The notes: generated by a model from the sequence alone, not told the origin. DNA of 64,000 bases from an uncultured Bacilli bacterium (GCA_944371315.1 CALVXN010000002.1:1046-65045); one strand, 5' to 3'; counted from the stretch's first letter, positions 20,265 through 30,985 are shown. Translations and numbers: made by a program.

Positions 20265-21043
20265 GCAAAGTATATGGAATAATATTTAAGGATAATTGTA
20301 AAATATATTTTTTTAAATCAGATGAGATTTATGAAAAAGATGATTATGTTATTGTTGAAACAGAAAATGGATTACAATATGCTAAAGTTGTGCTAGTTAA
20401 TAAAAATAGTGATAAAAAGGAAGATTATAAAAATATTGTTAGAAAAGCAACAGAAGACGATCAAAAAAAATATATAAATAATTTAAAAGATGCAAAAATT
20501 GCTTTAAATAAATGTAAAAAATTAGTTACAGATTTAAAATTAAATATGAATGTTATAAATGCTCAATGGACTTTTGAAAGAAACCAACTAATATTTACTT
20601 TTACATCTGATGAAAGGGTTGATTTTAGAGATTTAGCTAAAAAGTTAGCAAGTTTATATCATACTAGAATTGAATTAAGGCAAATTGGTGCTAGAGACAA
20701 AGCTAAGAGTGTTGGTGGAATAGGAATTTGTGGAAGAGTTTTGTGTTGTAAAGGCTTTTTAAATCAAATGGAAACAATTTCAATTAATATGGCAAAAAAT
20801 CAAAATTTAGCATTAAATCCTAGTAAAATTAATGGTGTTTGTGGTCGATTATTATGTTGTTTAGCTTATGAAAATGAAAATTATTTAAATAATCTAAAAG
20901 GTATGCCAGTAGTTGGTGATGTAATTATGACTGATAAAGGTGAAGGAAAAGTAATAAGTATTGATATTTTAAATCGAAAATGTCAACTTTTAATAGGAGA
21001 TACAAAAGAGGATTTTTATATTGATGAAAATAGTATTAAATGA
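20261..21043 (+). CDS. ricT: PSP1-domain protein RicT (YaaT)
   Basis: Cys-rich CGRVLCCKGFL ... CGRLLCCLAYE pattern. Located downstream of holB. Confidence 0.85.
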   Translation: MSKVYGIIFKDNCKIYFFKSDEIYEKDDYVIVETENGLQYAKVVLVNKNSDKKEDYKNIVRKATEDDQKKYINNLKDAKIALNKCKKLVTDLKLNMNVINAQWTFERNQLIFTFTSDERVDFRDLAKKLASLYHTRIELRQIGARDKAKSVGGIGICGRVLCCKGFLNQMETISINMAKNQNLALNPSKINGVCGRLLCCLAYENENYLNNLKGMPVVGDVIMTDKGEGKVISIDILNRKCQLLIGDTKEDFYIDENSIK

Positions 21044-21731
21044 TTTGTTTGATTATAAAAATAGATTTATTTATCAATTGGAAAATGGTTTTAAATTTTC
21101 ACTTGATTCAATATTACTTGCTGAGTTTGTTAAAGTAAAAGAAAATTTAAAAATACTTGATATGTGTTCTGGTAATTGCGCAATACCATTAATTCTATCT
21201 ACTAGAACTAATAGCAATATAGTAGCTTTTGAAATACAAAAATTAATAGCAAAATTAGCGACAGATTCTGTTTTATATAACAATTTACAAAATCAAATAG
21301 AAGTTATAAATGATGATATTAAAAATATTGGTAATTATTTTTCTATTGAAGAATTTGATTTAATTACATGCAATCCTCCTTATTTTAAAAATAATGGTAA
21401 TATGCATAATAAAAATGATTTTTTGACTATTGCTAGACATGAAGTTAATATAGATTTAGAAAAAATATTTAAAATTGCCTTTAAATATTTGAAAAATAAT
21501 GGTATTTTATATTTAGTTCATCGAGTTGAAAGATTAGATGAAATATTTTATTATTCAAAAGTTAATAAAATTAATGTTAAAGAATTGCAATTTATAGTAA
21601 CAAAAGATAACAATATTCCTAGTTTAGTATTAATAAAATGTGTTAAAAATAGTAAAAATGGAATTAAAGTAAAAAAAATTATTAATGTTAGTAATTGTAA
21701 TACTTATCAACATATTTTTGATAGTGAGTGA
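21021..21731 (+). CDS. SAM-dependent N6-adenine methyltransferase (YabB/TrmN6-like)
   Basis: NPPY catalytic motif (ITCNPPYF) and an LDMCSGNC SAM-binding loop. It sits at the synteny position of B. subtilis yabB. Confidence 0.7.
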   Translation: MMKIVLNDLFDYKNRFIYQLENGFKFSLDSILLAEFVKVKENLKILDMCSGNCAIPLILSTRTNSNIVAFEIQKLIAKLATDSVLYNNLQNQIEVINDDIKNIGNYFSIEEFDLITCNPPYFKNNGNMHNKNDFLTIARHEVNIDLEKIFKIAFKYLKNNGILYLVHRVERLDEIFYYSKVNKINVKELQFIVTKDNNIPSLVLIKCVKNSKNGIKVKKIINVSNCNTYQHIFDSE

Positions 21732-21736
21732 TATAG

Positions 21737-22288
21737 ATGAAATTAATAGTTGGAATTGGAAATCCTGGAGCGGAGTATGAAAATACTCGTCATAATATAG
21801 GTTTCATGGTAATTGATGCTTTTTTAGGAAATGAAAAATATCAAAATAAATTTGATGGATTATATTTTAAAAAAAATATTGGAAATGAAACAGTGTATTT
21901 TTTAAAGCCTTTAACATATGTTAATAATTCGGGAATTTCAGTGAGAAAAATAATGGATTATTTTAATATTTCTATTAATGATATTTTAGTTATTCAAGAT
22001 GATTTAGATGAAGATATAGGAAAGTATAAATTAAAAAATCATAGTAGTAGTGGTGGACATAATGGAATTAAATCTATAATAAGTTCCCTGGGTTCACAAG
22101 ATTTTTTGCGTTTAAAAATAGGTATCAGTAATGCAAAAAAAGATAATGTAATAGACTTTGTTTTGGGTAAATTTTCTAAAGAAGAACAAAGAACTTTAAA
22201 TGAATTAATGCCAATATTTAAAGATATTATTAATTCTTTTATAGAAAAAGGAACTAATAAAACAATGAATATTTATAATACTAAATAG
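21737..22288 (+). CDS. pth: Peptidyl-tRNA hydrolase
   Basis: MKLIVGIGNPGAEYENTRHNIGF is the canonical Pth N-terminus. Confidence 0.95.
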   Translation: MKLIVGIGNPGAEYENTRHNIGFMVIDAFLGNEKYQNKFDGLYFKKNIGNETVYFLKPLTYVNNSGISVRKIMDYFNISINDILVIQDDLDEDIGKYKLKNHSSSGGHNGIKSIISSLGSQDFLRLKIGISNAKKDNVIDFVLGKFSKEEQRTLNELMPIFKDIINSFIEKGTNKTMNIYNTK

Positions 22289-22297
22289 TGGTGAATT

Positions 22298-25200
22298 ATG
22301 AAATTTTTAGATAATTATTTTAAATATGAAATTGGAGTAGAAATATCTGGTTTAACCGAACAGTTAAACATTTTTTATTTGCTTAAATTGTATGAAAAAT
22401 ATGATAGAAATATTATTGTTTTAACTAGTTCTTTATATGAAGCTAATAAAATATATAATTTATTGAGTAATTATTTAGAAAATTCATTAATATTTCCGAT
22501 GGATGATTTTTTATCTTCAATGATTGTGGCTTCGTCTCCAGAATTAAAGTATAAAAGATTAGAAACATTAGACAAATTAAAATCAAAAAATAAATATATT
22601 ATTGTTACAAACTTAATGGGATATTTAAAGTTTTTACCGTCTAAAAATGTTGATAACTCTATAGTTATAAACAAAGGTGAAGAAATTAAAAGAGATAATT
22701 TAGTAAACTCTTTAGTAAATTTAGGTTATCATATTGATTCTTTGGTTACTGCAAGTGGTGAGATTTCTGTAAGAGGATTTATTGTAGATATATATCCTAT
22801 TGATGAAGCACACCCAATAAGAGTGGAATTTGATGGTAATATGATAGAATCCATTAGATATTTTGATGAAAATACTCAGTTATCATGTGGAAATAAGGAT
22901 AGTATTACTATAAAAGCTATTGATGAAATGGTATCAGAAAATAACGATTCTTTATTTAATTATGCTAATAATCCTATAGTTGTATATATTGATAAAAGTC
23001 AAATTGATGCCACTTATAAAAAGTTAGTTGAAGACATATTCGATTATAAAACTAATAATAATGTAGAATCTAAATTAATGTATGACATTGATGACATTGA
23101 TGATAAAGATAAAATATTTGTTAACTTATTTGAAACTAGTAAGTATAATATTGGTGCTAAGAGTATAGAAAATTATAATCAAAATTTTGAAAAGTTAGTA
23201 AATGATTATAATTCTTTTAAAAAATCTGGTAAAGAAATTTATTTTTATTTATCAAATGAAAAACAAGCTTGTAAGATAAAAGAATTAATAAGTGATGCAA
23301 ATATTGTTTTAAAATTTATTGGAAATGGTTTTATATTAGATAAATATGTTGTCATTGGGGAAAATGATATAGAAAAAGTAAATCATCAAGTCAATAATTA
23401 TAAAAATAATTTTCATATAGGTAAAAGAATTAAGGATTTTAATCAATTAGAAAAGGGAGATTATGTTGTTCATGTAGCTCATGGTATTGGAGTTTATAAT
23501 GGTATAACTACTTTAACCATTAAAGGTGCCAAAAAGGATTTTTTAACTATAAATTATGCTGGTTCTGATAAAATTTACGTTCCTGTTGAAAAAATAACTA
23601 CTATTTATAAATATACTGGTAAGGATGGAAGCATTCCAAAAATAAATAAATTGGGAAGTCCAAACTGGGAAAAAACTAAAAAATATGTAGCTAGTAAAGT
23701 TAAGGATATTTCTGCTGATTTAATAAAATTATATAAAGAGCGTATTAATTTACGAAAAATTCCATATAAAGATTTTGTTGAAGAAGAAGAGTTTGCATAT
23801 TCTTTTAAATATGATCTTACAAAAGATCAACAAAAAAGTATTAATGATATCAATAATGATTTAAAAAGTGATATTCCAATGGATCGATTGTTATGTGGTG
23901 ATGTTGGCTTTGGTAAAACTGAAGTAGCTTTAAGAGCTATGTTTAAAACAGTTTTAAATAATCATCAAGTAATGTATTTATGCCCAACTACAATATTGTC
24001 AAAACAACAATATACAGTAGCAAAAAATAGATTTAAAGATTATGCCATTGAAATAGCATTGTTAAATAGACATGTTACTACTGCGCATGCTAAAAAAATA
24101 ATAGAAGATTTTAAAAATGGAAAAATTGATATTTTATTTGGAACTCATAGAATTTTAAGTGATGATGTTAAAGCAAAAGATTTAGGTTTATTAGTTGTTG
24201 ACGAAGAGCAAAGATTTGGAGTTACTCATAAAGAAAAAATAAAAAGTTTAAAAAAAGATGTTAACGTGTTGACTTTAAGTGCAACTCCAATACCAAGAAC
24301 TTTAAAAATGGCGCTTTCAGGTTTAAGAGATTTATCAGTTATAGATACTCCTCCAGTTAATAGATATCCTGTTCAAACTTATGTCGTTGCAGAAGATGAT
24401 CTATTAATAAAAGATGCAATATATAAAGAAATGTCTAGGAATGGACAAATATTTATTTTGTATAATAAAGTAGATTCTATTAGTAAATATGCTAGTCATA
24501 TAAAAGACTTAGTTCCAGATGCTAAAATAACCTTTGCTCATGGAAAAATGGATAAAAATGAATTAGATAATATTATGACTTCTTTTATAAATTTTGAATA
24601 TGATATTTTGATATGCACAACTATAATTGAAAGTGGAATTGATATTCCTAATGTAAATACATTAATTATTCATAATGCAGAAAATTTTGGTTTAAGTCAA
24701 CTTTATCAAATCAGAGGAAGAGTTGGTAGAAGTGATAAAATCGCCTATGCATATTTAATGTATGAAAAAAACAAAGTATTAAATGAATTGTCTATTAAGA
24801 GATTAAATAGTATTAAAGAGTTTACTGAATTAGGTAGTGGTTATCGAATTGCAATGAGAGATTTAAGTTTAAGAGGTGCTGGAGACATTTTTGGTGCATC
24901 TCAAGCAGGATTTGTTGATTCTGTTGGTATTTCATTATATATGAAAATGATTGAAGATGAAATTAAACGTCAACAAGGAGAATGCGTTTATGAGGATGAA
25001 GATGATTCACAATCATTAATAAATGTTACTACTCATATAAGTGATTCTTATGTAAATGATGAAGATATAAAAATCGAAATTCATCAAAAAATTAATGAAA
25101 TTGATTCTTATGAAAAATTATTGTTAGTAAAGACTGAGTTAGAAGATAGATTTGGAAAAATTACTGATGAAATGTTAGTATATATGTATGAGGAATGGTT

Positions 25201-25447
25201 TGAAAAAATAGCAAATAAATTTGGAATTAAAAAAGTATTGCAAACTGATAGATATGTTGAAGTAACGTTACCGGAAGAAATTTCTAAAAATGTTAAAGGA
25301 GATAAATTGTTAATTGAAGCAATGTCTTTAACTAAGTATTTTAATATTAAATATTTTAACAAACAGATTATTATTACTTTATATATAAATAATTTAGAAA
25401 AACACTTTATATTTTATTTAGTTACTCTTCTTGAAAAAATTTTATAA
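22298..25447 (+). CDS. mfd: Transcription-repair coupling factor Mfd
   Basis: CarD-like GDYVVHVAHGIG, helicase motifs GDVGFGKTEVA / DEEQRFG / SATPIPRT, and a TRG region. Confidence 0.9.
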   Translation: MKFLDNYFKYEIGVEISGLTEQLNIFYLLKLYEKYDRNIIVLTSSLYEANKIYNLLSNYLENSLIFPMDDFLSSMIVASSPELKYKRLETLDKLKSKNKYIIVTNLMGYLKFLPSKNVDNSIVINKGEEIKRDNLVNSLVNLGYHIDSLVTASGEISVRGFIVDIYPIDEAHPIRVEFDGNMIESIRYFDENTQLSCGNKDSITIKAIDEMVSENNDSLFNYANNPIVVYIDKSQIDATYKKLVEDIFDYKTNNNVESKLMYDIDDIDDKDKIFVNLFETSKYNIGAKSIENYNQNFEKLVNDYNSFKKSGKEIYFYLSNEKQACKIKELISDANIVLKFIGNGFILDKYVVIGENDIEKVNHQVNNYKNNFHIGKRIKDFNQLEKGDYVVHVAHGIGVYNGITTLTIKGAKKDFLTINYAGSDKIYVPVEKITTIYKYTGKDGSIPKINKLGSPNWEKTKKYVASKVKDISADLIKLYKERINLRKIPYKDFVEEEEFAYSFKYDLTKDQQKSINDINNDLKSDIPMDRLLCGDVGFGKTEVALRAMFKTVLNNHQVMYLCPTTILSKQQYTVAKNRFKDYAIEIALLNRHVTTAHAKKIIEDFKNGKIDILFGTHRILSDDVKAKDLGLLVVDEEQRFGVTHKEKIKSLKKDVNVLTLSATPIPRTLKMALSGLRDLSVIDTPPVNRYPVQTYVVAEDDLLIKDAIYKEMSRNGQIFILYNKVDSISKYASHIKDLVPDAKITFAHGKMDKNELDNIMTSFINFEYDILICTTIIESGIDIPNVNTLIIHNAENFGLSQLYQIRGRVGRSDKIAYAYLMYEKNKVLNELSIKRLNSIKEFTELGSGYRIAMRDLSLRGAGDIFGASQAGFVDSVGISLYMKMIEDEIKRQQGECVYEDEDDSQSLINVTTHISDSYVNDEDIKIEIHQKINEIDSYEKLLLVKTELEDRFGKITDEMLVYMYEEWFEKIANKFGIKKVLQTDRYVEVTLPEEISKNVKGDKLLIEAMSLTKYFNIKYFNKQIIITLYINNLEKHFIFYLVTLLEKIL

Positions 25448-25501
25448 TGCATAATTATTATATAGTTATCCACAATAAAATTAGAAGTGGAGTGAATTTT
25501 T

Positions 25502-26008
25502 TTGAAAGCTACTGGGGTAACTAGAAAAATAGATGAGTTAGGAAGAGTTGTTATACCTAAAGAAATTAGAAGAAATTTAAGTATTAGAGATGGAGAAAGT
25601 TTAGAAATTTTTACAAATGAAGATAGTATTATTTTAAAAAAACATTCACAATTAGAACAGTACGATGATATTAGTAAAAAATTATGTGATTTAATTAGTT
25701 CAATATTTAAAGCAAATATCATCATTACAGATAGAGAAAAAGTTTTAGCTACTAGTTTAAGTAATAATATTTTTGGTAAATATTTAAATAAAGATTTAAT
25801 TAATTTGATTGATAATCGTGAAGAAAAGCGGAATATAGAAAAATTGGTTTTTGATGAATGTGTTATAAATGGTTCTTTTAGTGCAGTTCCTATTATTGCT
25901 TCGATAGATTCCTTAGGATTAATTATTATTGAATCATGTAATGAATATTCTATTAATTTAGCTCGATTAATTTCTAAAATAATATCTGAAAAAGTAAATA
26001 TATATTAA
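25502..26008 (+). CDS. spoVT: Stage V sporulation regulator SpoVT (AbrB-type SpoVT/AbrB N-domain + GAF-like C-domain)
   Basis: TTG start. MKATGVTRKIDELGRVVIPKEIRRNL is the AbrB/SpoVT swapped-hairpin signature. At 168 aa and located after mfd, as in B. subtilis. Confidence 0.85.
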   Translation: MKATGVTRKIDELGRVVIPKEIRRNLSIRDGESLEIFTNEDSIILKKHSQLEQYDDISKKLCDLISSIFKANIIITDREKVLATSLSNNIFGKYLNKDLINLIDNREEKRNIEKLVFDECVINGSFSAVPIIASIDSLGLIIIESCNEYSINLARLISKIISEKVNIY

Positions 26009-26156
26009 ATTGAAATAATAAAAATATAATATAAAAATGTAAAAATAGATATGAATTTATGAAAGTGATTATCTATTTTTTTTGAAATGCTAATTTATAA
26101 AATATGTATATAATTAAAATATTTTATGTGTTAAAATATTTATATATGGTGAAATT

Positions 26157-27323
26157 ATGAAAAGATTATTAAAAGTCAGTCTAGATTTATTTTTATTATC
26201 TTTTATTTCTATTTTTTCTTGGTTTTGCTTAAGTTTGTTGATAGATAAAAATTTGATAAATATTTTTACTTTAATATATCCAATACAGTTTATATGGTAT
26301 ATGTTAAAGTCTATTTTTTCTATTGGAGCGAACATTAATAAAGAAAAGGATAAAAATAATGATGCGGTAATGTCAGGTATAATATTAGGAATTATTTTTG
26401 CTTTTTTAATTTCTTTGTTTCTTTTATTAAATATTGATTCCTATATTAATTTTATGAATATGAGTGTAAGTTTATATAAAAATTTTGCAATTTATTCAAT
26501 TATTCAAGGATTTATTCAATTAATATTTCTTTTTATTATTGAAAAATTATATTATGAAGAAAAAAATATTTTAGCAAATAAGTATTCAATAATATTTAAT
26601 CTTATAAATTTTACAACGTTGATAGGCATGGCAATCTTTATTAAGAATCAGATATTGATAATAATATTGACTTTAACATCAATATCCCTTTTTACAATTT
26701 ATGTTTGTGTAAAGCATTTTGAAAAATTCCATTTTAATGTAAAATTAGGTAAATGGATAAAATATGATTCTGTTGAATTATTTAATAATTTTATATTTTT
26801 TTTAATTTTCTTATTTGGATTGTCTAATGTAATAGAATATGGAAGTGCTTATACTTTGGCATTAACTTTTGTATCGTTAATTACTGATTGTCAATGGGAT
26901 ACTTTTACAGCTATAGCTGAGGTTGCTAATATTGATATTTCAAAGAGAAGATTTGAATATAAAGAACATATTAAAAATGCATATAGATTGTTATTTTGGC
27001 TTGTAATTAGTATTTTTATAATGTTTGTTACTTTATATAATTTTTATGATTTAAATTTAAGATTAGTTTTAATATATTTTAGTTTTGAAATTTTAAATTT
27101 CATTTTATATCCATTATATACTATTAAAACGTGTTATTTAAAATTAGAATATTCTTCTATGAAAATTACGTTTAATAAAGTATTTGCAAATTTGTTAAGG
27201 TTTTCTTTTTCTATGTTATCAACCCCATTTTGCACTGGATTAGGTCAAATATTTTCTTCTTTATATCAGTTTATATCTACCAGTATAATATTTAGAGTAA
27301 AAAATAGACATAATAAATGCTAG
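26157..27323 (+). CDS. Polytopic membrane protein (possibly MOP/Wzx-like flippase, yabM position)
   Basis: About 10-12 hydrophobic segments. The family was not recognised. Only its position after spoVT suggests a yabM relationship. Confidence 0.4.
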   Translation: MKRLLKVSLDLFLLSFISIFSWFCLSLLIDKNLINIFTLIYPIQFIWYMLKSIFSIGANINKEKDKNNDAVMSGIILGIIFAFLISLFLLLNIDSYINFMNMSVSLYKNFAIYSIIQGFIQLIFLFIIEKLYYEEKNILANKYSIIFNLINFTTLIGMAIFIKNQILIIILTLTSISLFTIYVCVKHFEKFHFNVKLGKWIKYDSVELFNNFIFFLIFLFGLSNVIEYGSAYTLALTFVSLITDCQWDTFTAIAEVANIDISKRRFEYKEHIKNAYRLLFWLVISIFIMFVTLYNFYDLNLRLVLIYFSFEILNFILYPLYTIKTCYLKLEYSSMKITFNKVFANLLRFSFSMLSTPFCTGLGQIFSSLYQFISTSIIFRVKNRHNKC

Positions 27324-27356
27324 TTTAAATTTTTTATGTTATACTTTTAAGTATGG

Positions 27357-27959
27357 GTGTTAAATATGAATTATTTAGAAAGAGTAGATAAAAATTTATT
27401 AATTCTTTTTGTTATAACTACAGCAACTTTATTAATATTATATGTTATTTTTTCATCTATTTTAAGTAAAGCAAATAAAACAATTTATGAAGAAAAAAAT
27501 ATATTTGCTTGGATTCCAATTTTTAATCTTTATTTATTAGGAAAAATAGCTATAAATAAAATAATTGGAGTTATATTAGTTTTAATAGAATTTTTGATTG
27601 GTTTTTTGAGTAGTATTCCATATTTTCAAAATGTAATTCCTAGTTATATTGTAGATATTTTAAGTTTAGTTTTTATATTTGTAATTATAATATTATTTTT
27701 TATAGTATTAGCAAAATATTTTAAGGTTAAAAAAAGAAAAAGAACCGTTTATGTAAATTATGTATCTCCAAATGATGATAATGGTAATAATGTTGATAAT
27801 AATCAATTTATCAACAAAAATTTTGTAAATAATCAAAATGTCTCTAATGATCAAAAAATTGTAGGAGATTCTTTTGAATTACCAAAAGTAGATAATAGTT
27901 ATTTAAATTTAAATAAAAAAAATAATGATGATATTGAAAATTTAGATGATAATAGTTAA
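27357..27959 (+). CDS. Membrane protein with an Asn/Asp-rich C-terminal tail
   Basis: Three to four TM segments followed by a low-complexity N-rich tail. The start is either GTG at 27357 or ATG at 27366. Confidence 0.5.
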   Translation: MLNMNYLERVDKNLLILFVITTATLLILYVIFSSILSKANKTIYEEKNIFAWIPIFNLYLLGKIAINKIIGVILVLIEFLIGFLSSIPYFQNVIPSYIVDILSLVFIFVIIILFFIVLAKYFKVKKRKRTVYVNYVSPNDDNGNNVDNNQFINKNFVNNQNVSNDQKIVGDSFELPKVDNSYLNLNKKNNDDIENLDDNS

Positions 27960-27999
27960 ATTATTGCTAAATTAAATTTGTTATGATAAACTAATTTTG

Positions 28000-28195
28000 A
28001 ATTAGTGATGAAAGAAAGAGTAAATATAGGATTTTTATAGAGAGTTCTTTGTTGGTGGAAGAAGAATATTTGAATATATTGAACATGGTTCTGGAGCTAA
28101 ACCGGAGATAAACCGTTATAATATTTGAGTGCATGTAATCATGAATTAAGGTGGTACCGCGGGTTTTACTCGTCCTTAGTTTGTGATTTTTATTT
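28000..28195 (+). promoter_or_regulatory. T-box leader (candidate Met specifier)
   Basis: Stem I elements are present: TGATGA...AGAGTA GA-type motif, AGAGAG at 28039..28044 and the distal-loop GGTGGAA at 28054..28060. The T-box sequence AATTAAGGTGGTACCGCG is at 28144..28161, with TAAGG/CCTTA antiterminator arms. A candidate AUG specifier lies at 28085..28087. Confidence 0.8.
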
Positions 28196-28209
28196 TGGAG
28201 GAATTTATT

Positions 28210-28695
28210 ATGAGATGTTTTGAAAAGGTTAATTTTGATGAATTTTCTAAATATTATGGAAATAACAAAGAATTATATGAAGAATATTCTTTACCAAAAA
28301 GAATGACTTCTGCTAGTGCTGGATATGATTTTTTTGCTATTGAAGATTTTGTAATTAAACCTGGTGAAATTAAAAAAATTGCTACTGGCTATAAAGCAAA
28401 ATATGAAAATGACGAAGTATTATTTATTATTGTGAGAGGTAGTGTTGGTTTTAAATATAATGTTAGAATTACTAATCAAGTTGTAGTGATTGATGCAGAT
28501 TATTATAATAATACTACTAATAATGGTCAAATGTTTATTTCTTTGCAAAATGAAGGTGATAAAGATTTTGTGGTAAAAAAAGGGGAAGGTTATGTTCAAG
28601 GGATATTTATGAAATATTTGATTTGTGATAATGATTGTGCTGATGGAATAAGAAATGATGGGTTTGGTAGCACAAATAAAAGAAAGGATGATTAA
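28210..28695 (+). CDS. dUTPase-family protein (YncF-like)
   Basis: ORF 28183..28695. ATG at 28210 follows GGAGG. ASAGYDF, RGSVGFK and the C-terminal GFGSTN motifs are typical of trimeric dUTPases. Confidence 0.7.
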   Translation: MRCFEKVNFDEFSKYYGNNKELYEEYSLPKRMTSASAGYDFFAIEDFVIKPGEIKKIATGYKAKYENDEVLFIIVRGSVGFKYNVRITNQVVVIDADYYNNTTNNGQMFISLQNEGDKDFVVKKGEGYVQGIFMKYLICDNDCADGIRNDGFGSTNKRKDD

Positions 28696-28697
28696 TA

Positions 28698-30224
28698 ATG
28701 AATAAATATTATATATCTACTGCTATAGCTTATACTTCTGGTAAGCCTCATATAGGAAATACTTATGAAATTGTTTTGGCTGATGCGATTGCAAGATTTA
28801 AAAGAACGCTTGGTTATGATGTTTACTTTCAAACTGGAACCGATGAACATGGAGAAAAAATTGAAATAAAAGCTAAGGAATCTGGAATAACTCCCAAAGA
28901 ATTTGTAGATGAAAAGGCAGCCGAAATAAAGCGTATTTGGGATATAATGAATACAAGTTATGACAAATTTGTCAGAACTACTGATGAAAATCACGTAAAA
29001 GTTGTTCAAAATATTTTTAAAAAAATGTATGAAAAAGGAGATATTTATAAAGGTGAATACAAAGGGCTTTATTGCACTCCTTGTGAATCTTTTTGGACTG
29101 AATCTCAATTAATTGATGGTAAATGTCCTGATTGTGGAAGACCAGTTGAAGAAAAACGTGAAGAAGCTTACTTTTTTAAATTGTCAAAATACCAAGAAAG
29201 GTTAGAAAGCTATATTGAAAGTCATCCTGACTTTATTAAACCGGAATCTAGAAAAAATGAAATGATTAATAATTTTATTAAACCAGGATTACAAGATTTA
29301 TGTGTTTCTAGATCTTCATTTACATGGGGAATTCCAGTTGACTTTGATAATAAGCATATTGTATATGTTTGGCTTGATGCATTAACCAATTATATTACTA
29401 ACATAGGATATGATGTTGATTCTGAAAGTGATCAATTTAAAAATTTGTGGCCAGCAGATTTACATTTAATAGGAAAAGATATTATTCGCTTTCATACTAT
29501 ATATTGGCCTTGCTTTTTAATGAGTTTAGATTTACCAATGCCTAAACAAGTTTTTGGACATCCTTGGCTTATTATGGCTGATGGTAAAATGAGTAAATCA
29601 AAAGGCAATGTTGTTTATGCAGATGATTTGGTGGAAGAGTTTGGAGTAGATGCTGTTAGATATTACTTTTTACATGAAATTCCATATTCATCTGATGGCG
29701 TATTTTCTAGAGATTTATTAATAGAAAAAATAAATTCTGATTTAGTAAATATTCTAGGTAATTTAGTTAATAGAACAGTTAGTATGGCTTTTAAATATTT
29801 TGATGGTAAAGTAGTAAATACAAATGTTGTTGAAAAAATAGATGAAGAGTTGAAAGATAATTTAAAAAATTTGGATAAAAAAATTATAGAAAAAATGGAT
29901 AACCTTTTTGTTGGGGAAGCAATTGAAGAAATATTTAATGTATTAAGAAAATGTAATAAATATATTGATGATACTACTCCATGGGCTTTAGCAAAAGATG
30001 AAAGTAAAAAAGATCGTCTAGAAACTGTTTTGTATAATTTATTAGAATCTATTAGAATTTGTGCAATATATTTAAGTCCTTTTTTACCTGATACTTCTGA
30101 AAAAATATTTAAACAGTTAAATACTAATAATGGTTTATATAAATTAAAAGAGTTTGGTAACTTAGAAAGTCCAATATTATTAAATGAACCTCAACATTTA
30201 TTTTCAAGGATAGAGGTAAAATAA
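28698..30224 (+). CDS. metG: Methionyl-tRNA synthetase (short form)
   Basis: HIGN (HIGH) motif, zinc knuckle CTPCES...CPDCG and KMSKS are present. At 508 aa it lacks the C-terminal Trbp111-like domain. Confidence 0.95.
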   Translation: MNKYYISTAIAYTSGKPHIGNTYEIVLADAIARFKRTLGYDVYFQTGTDEHGEKIEIKAKESGITPKEFVDEKAAEIKRIWDIMNTSYDKFVRTTDENHVKVVQNIFKKMYEKGDIYKGEYKGLYCTPCESFWTESQLIDGKCPDCGRPVEEKREEAYFFKLSKYQERLESYIESHPDFIKPESRKNEMINNFIKPGLQDLCVSRSSFTWGIPVDFDNKHIVYVWLDALTNYITNIGYDVDSESDQFKNLWPADLHLIGKDIIRFHTIYWPCFLMSLDLPMPKQVFGHPWLIMADGKMSKSKGNVVYADDLVEEFGVDAVRYYFLHEIPYSSDGVFSRDLLIEKINSDLVNILGNLVNRTVSMAFKYFDGKVVNTNVVEKIDEELKDNLKNLDKKIIEKMDNLFVGEAIEEIFNVLRKCNKYIDDTTPWALAKDESKKDRLETVLYNLLESIRICAIYLSPFLPDTSEKIFKQLNTNNGLYKLKEFGNLESPILLNEPQHLFSRIEVK

Positions 30225-30985
30225 TGTTAATTGATACTCATTGCCATTTATATAGTGAATATTATAGTGATATAGATGATATTGTAAATTTAGCTAAAAA
30301 AAGTAATGTAAATATATTAATTAATAATGGTTGTGATAGTAAAAGTAATAAAGAGGTAATTGATTTATTAGATAAATACAAAAATATGTATGGTGCTATT
30401 GGAATACATCCTGAAGAAGTAGATAATTATTCTTTGGATGATATTAAGTTTATAGAAAAAAATTTAAATAATAAAAAGATTGTTGCTATTGGTGAAATTG
30501 GGTTAGATTATCATTACTCTAAAGAAAATAAAGAAAAACAAATAAAACTTTTTGAATTGCAGTTAGACATTGCAAATAAATATAAAGTTCCTGTTATTAT
30601 TCATAGTAGAGATGCTACTGAGGATACAATAAATATTTTAAGAAAATATAATATTAAAGGAGTAATTCATTCTTTTTCAGGTAGTTTAGAAACAGCTAAG
30701 ATTTATATAAAAATGGGTTTTTTGCTAGGTATAAATGGTGTTGTAACTTTTAAAAATTGTAATTTAAAAGATATTTTAGTTAATATTGGTTTAAATAATA
30801 TAATTTTAGAGACTGATTCCCCATATTTAACACCGGTTCCATATAGAGGGAAACAAAATAACCCTAGTCATATATTAGATATTGCTAAATATATTTCAGA
30901 AATTTTTAATGTTTCGTTAGAAGAAGTATCTAAAATTACTACAAAGAATGTTTTAGATTTATATAATAAAATAACTATTGATTAA
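30224..30985 (+). CDS. tatD: TatD-family metal-dependent DNase/hydrolase (YabD)
   Basis: MLIDTHCHL, IGEIGLDYHY, IHSRDA and ETDSPYL motifs. Confidence 0.9.
   Translation: MLIDTHCHLYSEYYSDIDDIVNLAKKSNVNILINNGCDSKSNKEVIDLLDKYKNMYGAIGIHPEEVDNYSLDDIKFIEKNLNNKKIVAIGEIGLDYHYSKENKEKQIKLFELQLDIANKYKVPVIIHSRDATEDTINILRKYNIKGVIHSFSGSLETAKIYIKMGFLLGINGVVTFKNCNLKDILVNIGLNNIILETDSPYLTPVPYRGKQNNPSHILDIAKYISEIFNVSLEEVSKITTKNVLDLYNKITID

Noticed and set aside
25466-25474. Perfect DnaA box TTATCCACA 28 bp upstream of spoVT
   Set aside because: This is a single 9-mer in AT-rich DNA with no clustering, so it could be chance. It is not enough to claim DnaA regulation of spoVT.
27720-27959. Asn/Asp-rich low-complexity coding tail that looks like a simple repeat
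   Set aside because: The low-complexity protein tail is driven by AAT/GAT codon bias. No defined tandem DNA repeat unit is present.
28692-29108. 138-aa minus-strand ORF antisense to metG. The same applies to 31068..31544, 34729..34917, 36498..36698, 36762..37013, 37060..37332, 40118..40366, 41400..41615, 43555..43749 and 44303..44545.
   Set aside because: Shadow ORFs opposite real genes. Their composition is biased toward F/I/L/S/N and no motifs are recognisable.
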